Source of the DNA: Antedon mediterranea
Lineage: Eukaryota > Animalia > Echinodermata
Direction of reading: 5' to 3'
Assembly: GCF_964355755.1 (NCBI RefSeq)
Contig: NC_092675.1
Span: forward strand, 25,764,912 to 25,828,911
DNA: 64,000 nt
In this document: positions 1 through 11,138 of the stretch, in pieces
Layout: each line of letters starts with the position of its first letter
Numbering within the stretch: the stretch's first letter is position 1
The notes under the pieces: generated by a model
Told to the model about the DNA's origin: nothing
Databases searched by the model: none
The model's input: only the letters and a program-made list of their open reading frames with translations
Position numbers and translations under genes: made by a program

Positions 1-156
1 ACCCACTTCGGACTTATATTCATTTCATATGGAAATGACTTTATCTTAGTTTTCAAAATGTACCTTTGACTTAAACGGTAACACCAACTTTATCTAAGAA
101 GGAAAATCCAATTTGCAAAAGTCTAAATCAATTATGCACTAGCTATTATAAGTTAC

Positions 157-3100
157 CGTATCAAATGCTGTTTGCTCCTCTAGGCCAACTTTTATCAGCT
201 CATCAATAAACATTGTCAGGTAACGTTGTCGTACAACATTTGGTATATTCTTACCGTATCCAAGTGGTATAACAGGTCTCTTGCTGGCCTAAAAAATAAG
301 TGTTCTTAAAACATTTTGAAACTTTTAAATGATAAACAGCTAAAGTAGTTTAGAGATAATTGTACAGTATACAAGGGAAGATGCATTAAAAGAAACATTA
401 CCTTTGTTTTTGGTACATGGGCTACTCTTTTGACACCTTTGTCTGCCGTTCCGGCAATAGTGACCCAGTCTACAGATTCTCTTGGTGTGGGTTTCGGGCT
501 TTGTAAAACTTTTTTGCTGGAGACTACCGATCTGTCAACCGACGTCCTTGATGTATTGGAAGGAGTTGTTGATCTGTCAATTGATTTCCTTGATGCACTA
601 GAAGGAGTTGCTGCAATTGAGTTGAAAGAGTTGGTCTGGGAAGGAGTTGTTGATCTTTCAGCTGACTTCTGTGATGTTCTGGAAGGAGTTGCTGTAATAC
701 TTTTATTCCCTTTTGGTGTACTTGTCTTTGGAACAACTTTAGGTAGATGTGCTAATCTTCGTTTATCAAGAGATGACTTTTCTTCAGCAGGAACATTTAT
801 TCTTCTGGCAAGCATCTCTTGTATTTTAAGATATCGATTGTGACATATTTGAGCAGGGCTCTGGGCTGGAATACGACGTTGGACTGGACGTCTAACCTAT
901 ATATAAATTATATGCCATCATTATAATGCAAAGTCTTTCCCAAATATCCAACAGAAACATAAATATATAAATTTTATATTTTTTTTCTTCACATCATTTG
1001 CCTAATATTAATAATTTTTTAATATGATATGAATGCAATGTGTCCTTTTGTGCCTACCTCTCCATGTTTGGATACATGTGCTTGTCTTTTTCGCCCTGGG
1101 TGATTTGTATCTACATATTCTTCTTCAATATTCTGGAAGAAAAAATATTATAAATACACAATTAGTTATTGTATAACAACATTCCAAAAATTCCATTATT
1201 ATCTTATTTTAAGTAACAGTTTAATAAAATAATTCCCTTTGGCATTTTTCTACCAATTTCACAGTTTTTTTCTATCCTTAAGTGCTGCTTACATTGTAAT
1301 ATAAGCTCCACATTTACAATTTCCCTTTTTTTTTTAGAGTAAAATTTTATATTAATCATAAAACTGACCATTTTAACATCAGGAACTTCCTCAATTTTGA
1401 CTTTAGTTTCTTCGTTGAAAATCTTTAAGCATTCTTCATATGTATCTGTTTCAAAGTCAGTAAGATCACTTGAAATGTCATTGTAGGAAACACTGTCATA
1501 ATCATCACTGGTTGTAAAACTTTTCTTTTTAACGATTTTGCTGGTTTTGTGTTTTTTAAACACCTTGTTAGATGGTTTTTCTTCTTCAGAAAGTGTTCTG
1601 CTGGCTTCCCTTAAGTTTTTAGTACATTGTTGTTTTTTCGATGATGACACAATTTTCATTTTCTTAAAAATATTTCCACCTTCTTCCTCAGAATCTTCAC
1701 CAAACAGTTCTATGCTTATTTTTCTTTTCTTTGTCTTTTTTATTTCTTCACTACTGGAGGATGATATAATATAAATTTCTTTTTTAGGAGCTTGGTTTTC
1801 TGACTTTTCTTTCTTTATTTCAAGATCTTCTGTTGAATCTATTTCCTCTATATTTTTCCCACTATGCATAGTTGAACAATTTTTCCGCTTATTTTCTTCA
1901 TGTAAAAAAGGAGATTTAGATTTTGAAATACTTCTTTTTGATTTTTCAATCTTTAACCTTTTTAATTCAACAGACTTTCGTAAGAGTTGTTTAGATTTTT
2001 CTTTGGAACTTCCTTTTTCAATTTTCAATAAATTTGATTTATCACTTTCTCTTTTTAAAAGAAAACCATCTTTATTGTCAATTTCCGTACTGCTATTGTC
2101 TGTCTCAATTTTATTGGCTTTTTTGGTCAAGTTTGAATTTTCTTTAAACTTCTGCACAGATTTCTTCTTTTTCATTATCATTTCACCAAATGATTTATTG
2201 ACTTTACATTTCTTAGAATATGTTTTAACAGGTTTTTTAATGGTCTGTATTCTGCTAAAGAACTCTGCTAATTTTTCTTCTGAAATTTTAGGTTTAATAA
2301 CAACATGTTCTTGCACATGGTCAGTTTCCTCTTTTTCAGAATCCTCTTTGTCATGGTCATCACTTTCAATGATCTGCAAATCTCCAGTAGTATCAGAGCT
2401 ATAGTAATCATTATTTGGTTTGATTTTTTCCTCTTTCATTTCTTTATTGTTTACATCTTCAATGACTATTAGAGAAGCTTCATCTTTTTTAATTTTCTTA
2501 TTAGATACATTATCATCATCTACTTCTATCAGCCTTTTATTTTTAGTCTTTTGTGAATTTATTTTCTGATCAATTGGATTTTCTTTACTTTCTTTTGTAG
2601 AATAATTTTTGGCAGGATGATACTTTTGTTCATGGTCTTCTGAAGATGATGCTGTCGAGAGGTCATTATAGGTCAACTTTGTTGCATGATATACTAACTG
2701 TGTGCTACTTGGAGAATTGGCTGTATCTTCAGATGCATCTTCATTGGTTTGTAATTCTTGCACAGGATCATATACAAAATCATCGTCAGTAGGGAGTACG
2801 CTGTCAAATGAATATCTCTTTGAACCATGCAGATCATCACTGTTTTCAAGGTATTTATTAGAATTTGTTTTGTCTGTGATTTCATCAGGTTCGGTTTCGG
2901 AAAAAGCCAAGTCATTACTACCAAAATGACCATACATCGGTGTTGCCTTGTAGGAAAATTCAGCAGTAGTTGACTTCTCTTTCGGTATCGGTGTTGCCTT
3001 GTAGTGTAAAACACCACTAGATGTGTCTTTGCTGCCACTGGCTTCATCTTTAGGGCATTTAGCCAGAGGTGTCGCCACATAAGAGCAGCCATTCCCACCA

Positions 3101-4833
3101 ACACTTTCAACTGGATTTGAATTTTCACTTGTAACCACAGGAGATTCTGCTGAAGAAAAAAATGCCCAATTTGAAGGACCATTTTATAGAGGCTAGAATT
3201 AATTAACTGAACTTTTCCAGTTGACTCAACACAACCACAATCGTTAAAATTTACTTCCAATAAAACAATTATTAAGAAATTAAATATTTCTACATAATCT
3301 AATGATTGAAAACATTTCAATAGAAATAGGAGTGTGATTTAAAAAAAATTAGATTCAGGTTTTCATATTTATCAACTGTGGCGTGGTCTTTCAAAATTAG
3401 CTGTAAATGAGGGTGGTGAGGTCATTCAAGATGGGCATAATACTAGGCATAATATTTGGAAACCTGTTTGAACTTGCCGGTTGACTGAAACTAATAGTAG
3501 TGTTATTGTTGGGTAAAACGTCTGTGCAGATGGCATATGGTCTATTGTAAAAGTAAAGTTGTTCAACTCAAGAATACATAAGAAATGAGTGAGGCTACTG
3601 AAAAGGATTGTTCCTGGTACATACTACACATTGAATTTAATAATGTAAACAATTTTGATCATCTTTTTTACCTTCTTCCAAGATAAGATTTGTAATAAAG
3701 TTGGGACCTTCTGGCCAAATTGGTCCGGCAGACGAGTCCAGGATAGAATCATGTATGGAAAAAATCCTGACAGGATAGGCTAGGCCAACCATTAGTATAC
3801 TATCAGTATGCGAGCATTATTGATTGAAGATATATTTCAATTCAATTCAATTCAATAAACTTTATTGTCAAACTCATGAATGGCTTTAAATTTTGGCTGA
3901 AAGTACACACAATTGTCTAAAAACATTGTCGCACAAACAGTAAAAAAGAATAAAATCACATAAAACTGAGAACAAGATGTCATATAAAAAAAAAAATACA
4001 GATTGAGTTAAAAATACAGCTAAAATACTTATTGCGTTTATCTTTTCCACATTACATTAAAATGCCTCATAGCAGATGGGAGAAAGGATCTACGTAGGCG
4101 TTCAGTGTTCCAGCGAGGATACTGTATGTAGGGCCTAATGCGCCCAGACCGGCGTTACGTAATGTACTGGTTAAGGGGGTGGCTAACATCTGACATAATA
4201 ATAATAAGTTTATTTGTAAGTGCGTTGTTAAGAACTTCATCTGATTTCTTAATATCGTTTCCTATTATCCTTTTGGCAGATTTACTTATTCTTTGTACTT
4301 TTTTCATGCATTGCTGGTTTAAATTGTATATAATTATGTCTTTAAATAAATGTTTTACCGATGACATACATTAATTAATTACATTAATTTGATACAAGGG
4401 CTGATGGCTTGTTGATGTATTCTGCCCAGGGACAGTGCATCTTTATTGTGTATAGCCTAAACATAGGCCTAGCATGGAGTAAAGAATATTATTATTCTTT
4501 ACTCCATCATGGGCCTAGGTAGCCTGGCTAGGCATATACTAGGCCTAGCTAGGCTAGCTAGGCCGTAATTAATATAATGTGGAACCTTATTAATTTTGCC
4601 TAGGCCTAGATGACTAGCTAGGCTTAGATCCATTGGATAGATTTGCTTATATTCAATCCAAATGTTAGGAAAACTTGCTAGCTGGGCCTAGATAGACATA
4701 TCTTTTGAAACGATCGTTTACCTTTGGAAGTTCGAACATGCCTGAAATGACAGTACGGCCGACGACACATGCCGCGGCCTTGAACATAAAACGGGCAATT
4801 TACCCCTCGGAAATAACCAGAGGATGTAAACAT
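157..4833 (-). CDS. REXO1: RNA exonuclease 1 homolog (REXO1 / Elongin A-binding protein 1), 5' portion; gene continues beyond the left edge
   Basis: Exons with GT-AG ends and matching phases: 4833-4722 (MFTSSGYFRGVNCPFYVQGRGMCRRPYCHFRH, the REXO1-type N-terminal C-C-C-H motif), 3149-1369 (large low-complexity K/S/E-rich exon), 1132-1058 (GRKRQAH), 896-402 (SPAQICHNRY...KRVAHVP), 288-157 (KRPVIPLGYGKNIPNVVRQRYLTMFIDE, resembling REXO1 KRPIIP..VIRQRYLNLFIEE). The C-terminal DEDDh exonuclease domain is outside the window. Confidence 0.9.
3835..4390 (-). mobile_element. 5'-truncated, decayed LINE (Rex1/Babar-like 3' end) in REXO1 intron 1
   Basis: Minus-strand translation ...SDVSHPLNQYIT*RRSGR...RWNTERLRRSFLPSAMRHFN resembles the conserved Rex/Babar ORF2 C-terminus (HPL..SGR..R...SF.P.A). 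It is followed by a 3' UTR, AATAAA and a (TTGAA)n tail near 3836-3866. One in-frame stop is present. Confidence 0.7.
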
Positions 4834-5125
4834 TATTATATTGTAAAAAAACCCTACGAATATCCTTTCGTTATCGCTCACATTGTTATCATATATAATT
4901 AACTATTAAAGTGAATTATATAACAGATACAAGCTGTAAAACAGTGTAGGCTAGTATAGGCTAGCCACCACTGTGTAGGCCTAGTAGCTTCTTTGTGGAC
5001 GACTACTCAGCAGGCTCCTGTCCTCGATCCTGTGCAGCTTTTTGTTGAGTTTATGCTGCTCACTACTATTAGTAGTACGGAGCGCCATTTATGCCTTTAT
5101 TAACTTCAATAATAGAAAATAGTAC

Positions 5126-5738
5126 TACGGTAACTGCTCAAGTGGACCCAATTTAGCACCAGGGTAGCACAGTGATATAAAATAGAAATAAGTCACTACT
5201 TTTAATATCGTTTCGTATGTTAATACACTGTGCTCAAGTGGACACAATTTGGCACCAGTGGAGCACAGTAATATGAACTCCATTGGCTCCAGTGGACCCA
5301 ATTAAGTTTCAATATATGTTCGTATGTAATAATACACTGTGCTCCAGTGGATCCAAGTTGACGTCAGTTGTGGAGCACAGCGAAATATTCACATACAAAA
5401 ACATCGAGAAAAATGCTTCTGAAAAATGTTAAACTTGCTATAATGTTAAATATCGGTTACTCAATCCGTACTGCATAAGAAAATTTTGTTTCAATCCATC
5501 AGTGATTTTAATAACTTGCGTTTGTCTAAGATAAAAACTTATTCACTGTCCCCGTAAAGTGCACATATTCATCATTGAAATATCAAATTAAATATTAAGT
5601 ATGAAATAATAAAAAACTTGTGACTTTATTTCCATGTTATCTGTGTTCCACTGGCGCAAAATTGGGTCCACTTGAGCACAGTGTATAGAACACACAAAAG
5701 GATATTAAAGTTGTGATTGGTCAAATCACTTACGGTAC
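5126..5738. mobile_element. Non-autonomous TIR element (Tc1/pogo-like MITE) with internal sub-repeats, in the divergent intergenic region
   Basis: Ends read TA-CGGTAA and TTACGG-TA. Several direct copies of GTGCTCAAGTGGACCCAATTTGGCACCAGTGGAGCACAG lie at 5130-5380, with an inverted copy at 5641-5690. Confidence 0.5.
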
Positions 5739-5842
5739 GTCTCTATTGAGAACCAAGCATTAGTTTGGCCAAACCCAGACAAGACGGTCATGTGTTTTCT
5801 TTTTATATCAGATGTACGTTGATTACTACAAAATAAACAATA

Positions 5843-8800
5843 ATGGCTTTTACGTTGTTGAAATACACGAGTTTCCTATTTATGTGGTTTATATCAGAAT
5901 CTGCAGACGGTAAATGTTTATTTTACATTCTTTCTAGATCTAACACATTCAGATAAGGCCTATGATTATCGTTATTATTATTAGTAGTAGTTTTAGTGCA
6001 TTATTTTCCATATAACATCTATTAAATCATTCATAATTAGTTATATTATTTGGACTAACTAATTTTAATTATTGTGAAACCTCATAAACTCAGAACAAAA
6101 ACATTAACATTAATTTTCTGTTCTGAAATTATGAGTTGTCACAATAATTAAAATATGTAATATGTAGGTAATTCTTTTTACGCATTCTTTTTAGGTAATT
6201 CTTCTTTTGTGGGAATTTTGTTCTATGAGATTTTATCGTGAAATAATAGTTTCACTTTATATTAGGATATATCGTATTTTGTATCTTCTTCCCAACTTTT
6301 TTATTATTTTTTTCTGGGAGGTGTAAAGTTTCGAACTTATATGGGTTTCCTTCCACACATACTGTACTATGTCTTTTATTTTGTTATTATCGTACGTGTT
6401 TATATAATTATAATTTTTTATTTATGTATTTTTAATACGTGTGTGGAGAACATTTAATGAATATTTATTGAATAAACGAATAAAAGTATAAAGTATATTT
6501 CGTCAGAAAAATACAATCATAACAAAAACAATTCAAAGAGCATAGGCCTAAAAAAAGATTTCAAAATCTCACAAAAATTTAATAAGATACAATATAATTC
6601 AAAATAGAGTAACATTCTTAATAAACAATTCCATTTATTAAAGTCTTAAGGCCCATTTATACTACGACGATAACCGATAAGACAAATACATTTTTCATAC
6701 ATAAAACAAAAGATATCTAAAAAGTTTTCATTCTAGAACTATAAAATAACCATCTGCTTCCTTTTATGAAAATATTTTCACACATGATTAGTAAGAGCAA
6801 TAATATCGTGACAATACAAAGATTTTATTGTTTTTATTGGATTAAAAGAAATTATATTTCTTTCAAAGACAGCATAAATGATTAACCTTTCTAATTTCTT
6901 TTGTTTTACGTAAGGAAATGCAGGCTTATTATTTATCGTCGATCGTTATCGTCCTATGTGTAAATGGGTGTATGAATGGATTTCTAAATCTATTTCATAA
7001 TAATATCCCTTGATTTATATTATAGCGCCTAATTTTGTGAAACCTCTAATCGCTGTACAAAAACTAATAGGCCTACGATAAAAGGGATTCCACCATGGCA
7101 TGGCCTTCGTCGCTAACCAGGGATCGGTCTAATTGAACCACCAGTTTTGTTTTTGGACTTCTTTGCTTTATCGGATTGATTTATAATGTTTGTTTGATAT
7201 TTAAACACAATTTTAATTTCTCTAATGTGTGGGTCACTGGGTAGTAAGTTTCTCAAGTTGACGGCAGACATTAAACCCAATTACTGTTTAAGCCATTTTC
7301 ACCATCCTATTCATTTTTAATTTGTCAAGTATATCTCCACATGTGAAAACAGATACCACTAATGTACATATAATAATAAATAATGTATATTTATAAATGT
7401 AAATAATATATTGTTTGAAGGTTTGCATGACGAAATCTAATGTTGATATAAAGTTGAGGACGATCAAAGCATATTGATCGAAATGTCAAGAAACTCTACA
7501 GTTCTTTTCAGTACTAATATACGTGGTGTACCGAAAAGTTTATATCTATATTAAATAACTGATGAGAAAAACATAATGCATAAGATGTCAATGATCTACT
7601 CACACAAAATTACATTACTGCAGTTTATAAAAGCAATTTATTTATTTACGTTGTCATTTTCTTATTGCATCTTTTTCTTTGCAATTCTATTAATAAAAAA
7701 AAATCAGTAGTTCATAATTTTTTGGAAGTTCTTCTATGAATGTTAGTCATTCAACCAGATGTCGAGCCAATCGCAAGTAGCGTAGGGCATGACACTTTTA
7801 AACAAAATCTTAGACGGTGACATTGAATTCGGATAAAAAATTAGTTTTTTTGTTGCTATTGTTATTGTTATTCACGTATTTATTCAATATAAACACATCT
7901 GTTGTAGTGTGAAATTTTAGTAGAATAAAGAAGAAATTACGCTTTGGTAGATGATTTTCAGATATTCAATGAGTCTAAAGTACTGTTTTTCATGCTTTGT
8001 ATATAACACCCTCTTATTTGTGTTTTTATAGCTTGTACTGGAATTGACTTTTCTTCTTATAAAAATGAATACATCCACGACGGCAACCTTGGGTCATTTA
8101 GAAACTGTATTGTTGTTGAACACAATGTGATAATAGAAACGGAATCATTTCGGGGGTAATAATAGCTTTTTAATTCATCATCATTATCATTATTATCATC
8201 ATTATCACTATTATTATTATTATTTGTTTTATTGGTTATCTTCTGGGTTATTGGTCATGTCTCAACTGCTTCCCTTAGAGACATAGCGTGTGCTGCTCCC
8301 TGGATGGCCGTCATTTGAGCGCTCCCTACGATGTCCGGTACATTACATTTTTCATGCCTTGTTTTTAAATTTTTGAAAATGTTTCCAAGAGCGTCAATTA
8401 CGTTTGGAATCAGTGCCACTATAACTTTTTCTTGGATTCACTAATTGATTTCAAAGCGAGTTCTTTGTATTTTCTACACAGCTATGACAACAAAATGTGT
8501 GGGCCTACATTTCTTATCAGTGTAAACTGTCATGTCCCAAGTAATTCGAATGTTTATTCTCTGTGACTTCTAATGGCTGTTGGTCATACCATTTGTCAGT
8601 ACATTCGATTCCGTATTTACTGAAAATCTCCCAGTGTACCCACAATGCTACCTTGTCATGACGCTTTCTATACTCTCGCTTTATTATTATTATTACCGCT
8701 ATCGCTACCGCTACTATTTATGAAAACGTATAATTAAACATGTTTTTTTCTAGAGATCCGTTTAATGGTGTCATACCAACGTCCTATCAAATATTGTTTG

Positions 8801-9702
8801 CTTTAGAAAATATTCAAGTAATAAAGGGTTACCTAAAGATTACTGGTGATAGCCCTGAAATGAAACATGACATGAAATATTTGCGAAATCTACGAGAAGT
8901 ACATGGAAATGAGTTGGATGGGTATATAGTTATTTTCATTTTTACTTGACTTATCTTTATCATACTAAACATGAAGTTCCATCTCATAATATCATAAGTT
9001 GTTTCTATGCTTAAAAGACATGTATTCGATAGTGATATATTGACTTATTTAAAGATGTTAATATATACATAATTATTAATTTTATTTCAAGTTGTAAATT
9101 ACTTTCAATACAACCAACTTAGGCCTATATTTGCTGTATATTTTTTGTATAGTGGAGCAAGCATCATAATCTCCAGAACGGCATTGAAAACGTTGTCATT
9201 AACTTCATTGAAACTAGTGGAAAAGGGCCACATATTTATTCAAGACAACGACAATCTATGTCTAACAAACGAATCACAGTGGCATGTTATTGTTTTAGAT
9301 AATAATATACAAGATATTATCATCTCTCGTAATCAATCGCCAAGCACTTGTGGTAAGTAACTTGTGGACTACCTCAATTTTGATTGTTGAACACTATAAT
9401 AATTAGTTTTTTTGCTGAAACATGCTCAACTATATACATATATTGTTATATCCAAAATCAATCCTGATCTGCCCATTTTAAATTACCTAATATGCATAAA
9501 ATCAAAATGGCTGCCAATTATCTCTTAAACCATAAATATATTTTTAAAATTATTAATCATGCGCAATAGGCCTACCAAATTTGTTTTTGGTTTTGTAGAT
9601 GCCGAAGGCTATGTATGCCATGAAGATTGCTTGGGTGGTTGCTGGGATTTGGGATCAGATAATTGCCACCGGAAATTTTCAAAGTATAAATGCCCAAAGT
9701 AA
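5843..9702 (+). CDS. Secreted single receptor L-domain protein (EGFR/ErbB domain III plus start of furin-like domain IV), 220 aa
   Basis: Exons 5843-5909, 8032-8155, 8754-8921, 9153-9352, 9599-9702 (663 nt, all GT-AG, intron phases 1,2,2,1). Protein: MAFTLLKYTSFLFMWFISESADA (signal peptide) CTGIDFSSYKNEYIHDGNLGSFRNCIVVEHNVIIETESFRGDPF...LENIQVIKGYLKI...YLRNLREVHG...LKTLSLTSLKLVEKGHIFIQDNDNLC...W...IISRNQSPSTC DAEGYVCHEDCLGGCWDLGSDNCHRKFSKYKCPK*. It is colinear with EGFR CNGIG..FKNC..FRGDSF..FENLEIIRG..SLGLRSLKEISDG..NKNLC..VCHALCSPEGCWG. Confidence 0.88.
6649..6970. mobile_element. PIF/Harbinger-like MITE
   Basis: Imperfect TIRs: AGGCCCATTTATACTACGACGATAAC on the left and GTTATCGTCCTATGTGTAAATGGG on the right. 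Confidence 0.5.
7454..7490 (+). ncRNA. Degenerate minimal hammerhead ribozyme core in a Penelope-like repeat fragment
   Basis: TTGAGGA-C-GATCAA-agcata-TTGATC-GAAA-TG-TC: a CUGAnGA box with C3 changed to U, a perfect 6-bp stem II, GAAA, and UC. Confidence 0.45.
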
Positions 9703-10494
9703 CATTTCCCAAAAAAGGAGCATGGAATTCCAAGTAAAATGGAAGTTCTTCGTGATGGCGAAGACTATGAGCCGATTTTCAAATTTGACATTGAACAATA
9801 GATTTTATTTTAATATCCCAATTATACATGTTATGGAACTAGAATTTGAATATAATGTGTATATTTTCAATGTTAGTCTAGTAGACGAGGAGGAAATAAA
9901 GATGGGCATCCGGCTGGGAGATTTGTCGGACCATTTTTTTAAACATTTTTATTATTTATGAATTGAAACATTTTATTTATACTGGGTGACATCTCCAGAG
10001 GGCATAGTTATGATCAGTGGCTGTAGTGAAAGATGTAGTAGGTTCTTTAAAGAGCACACGAGTCGAGAAGACTCTTCTAACACCACCAGAATCGAGTGAG
10101 CCCTTGCCGATAGTATGGCTAAGTAATTACGGTTCCATTTGCAATCAATAAACACTCAAACAGTTAATATATTATATTATATATTATACATAAATGTCAT
10201 CATATTATACGCTATTGGTATACTCAGCGTTAGTCACCTTACTTTATAACATAAAACATTTATAATAAGTATTGGCAATTAAAGTAGTTGCTATTTAATC
10301 CTGATTGTTGCTTATAAGACCTTTTTTATTATTATTGTTGTTGCCATTGGTTTCTAAATCCAGATTTAATTGTAGATTTTAAAAAAATATTGCTAATTTG
10401 GCTATTAATATTATTAAATGTATACTTGGTTCATTATATAGTCCGTTCCAATAATGCAGAAATATGGAGATAATAGAATCGATCGATAAATGGA

Positions 10495-10750
10495 CCAAAC
10501 AAAACATTTATTATGTACTATAGTAGAATCCTAAAAGAGACACTTGGATAGGGGTTCCCGTTTATTATGCGGGAAGTACCGGTATGGTGTTCCATAAATA
10601 GAGGTGTCAGATGAAAGGGATTCTGCTGTAATTTTTCTTTTCAATTTCAATTTGTTTTTCTTTCTTTTTCGTATTTTTATGGTGTTAGATTATTGTGTAA
10701 TATCACGAACTTGTGTAAAAACGATCAATGTTGATTGAATGAGTTGTACA
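10495..10750 (+). mobile_element. Diverged copy of the 3' UTR of the LINE at 23.2-26.7 kb
   Basis: CGGGAAGTACCGGTATGGTGT...AAATAGAGGTGTCAGATGAA.GGGATTCTGCTGTAATTTT...TCACGAACTTGTGTAAAAAC...GAGTTGTAC is the reverse complement of about 23248-23510. Confidence 0.8.
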
Positions 10751-11132
10751 ATTTGTTCTAACAAATGGAAAAATCAAAATACGTCACGACGTATCTTGGA
10801 GTATTTTATATGATTAACGTATACTATAAATATACTATTTACTATATTTTATCTATTATTACGTACTTTGTACAATTTAGATATAGTTTATTTCGTCATT
10901 AATAAAAATAAAACAAAAATTCCCTGTTCGTCCGCATCTTGGGATCCGGGGATAAAAATTGGTTTTAACTGACAGTATTTACACGACGACCCCCTATTAC
11001 CGCGGACTATTGCACCATACCATTTTCTAATCTGGATCGCTTCTCTTTTTTTTAATATTTTCAATCTGAAAGACGGGGTGAAACTAATCTAAGACATAAG
11101 AACAACAATTTCGACTGATCAAAAACAGTTTC

Positions 11133-11138
11133 TTTATT
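11133..11138 (-). terminator. Candidate polyadenylation signal (AATAAA) of the guanylyl cyclase gene
   Basis: TTTATT on the + strand, at the end of about 4.3 kb that is U-rich on the minus strand downstream of the stop at 15494. Assignment is inferred. Confidence 0.35.

Noticed and set aside
430-2929. Plus-strand ORFs 430-843, 1538-1774, 2003-2404, 2702-2929 and alternative-frame ORFs 524-736, 2694-3320
   Set aside because: Antisense or out-of-frame shadows of the low-complexity REXO1 exons, with no independent features.
4834-4881. Upstream in-frame ATG (MSDNERIF...) for REXO1
   Set aside because: Family similarity starts at MFTSSGYF (4833). The extension cannot be excluded but has no support.
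9599-9961. 120-aa ORF MPKAMYAMK...
   Set aside because: Wrong frame. The phase-1 splice gives DAEGYVCHEDCLGGCW, which matches EGFR domain IV.
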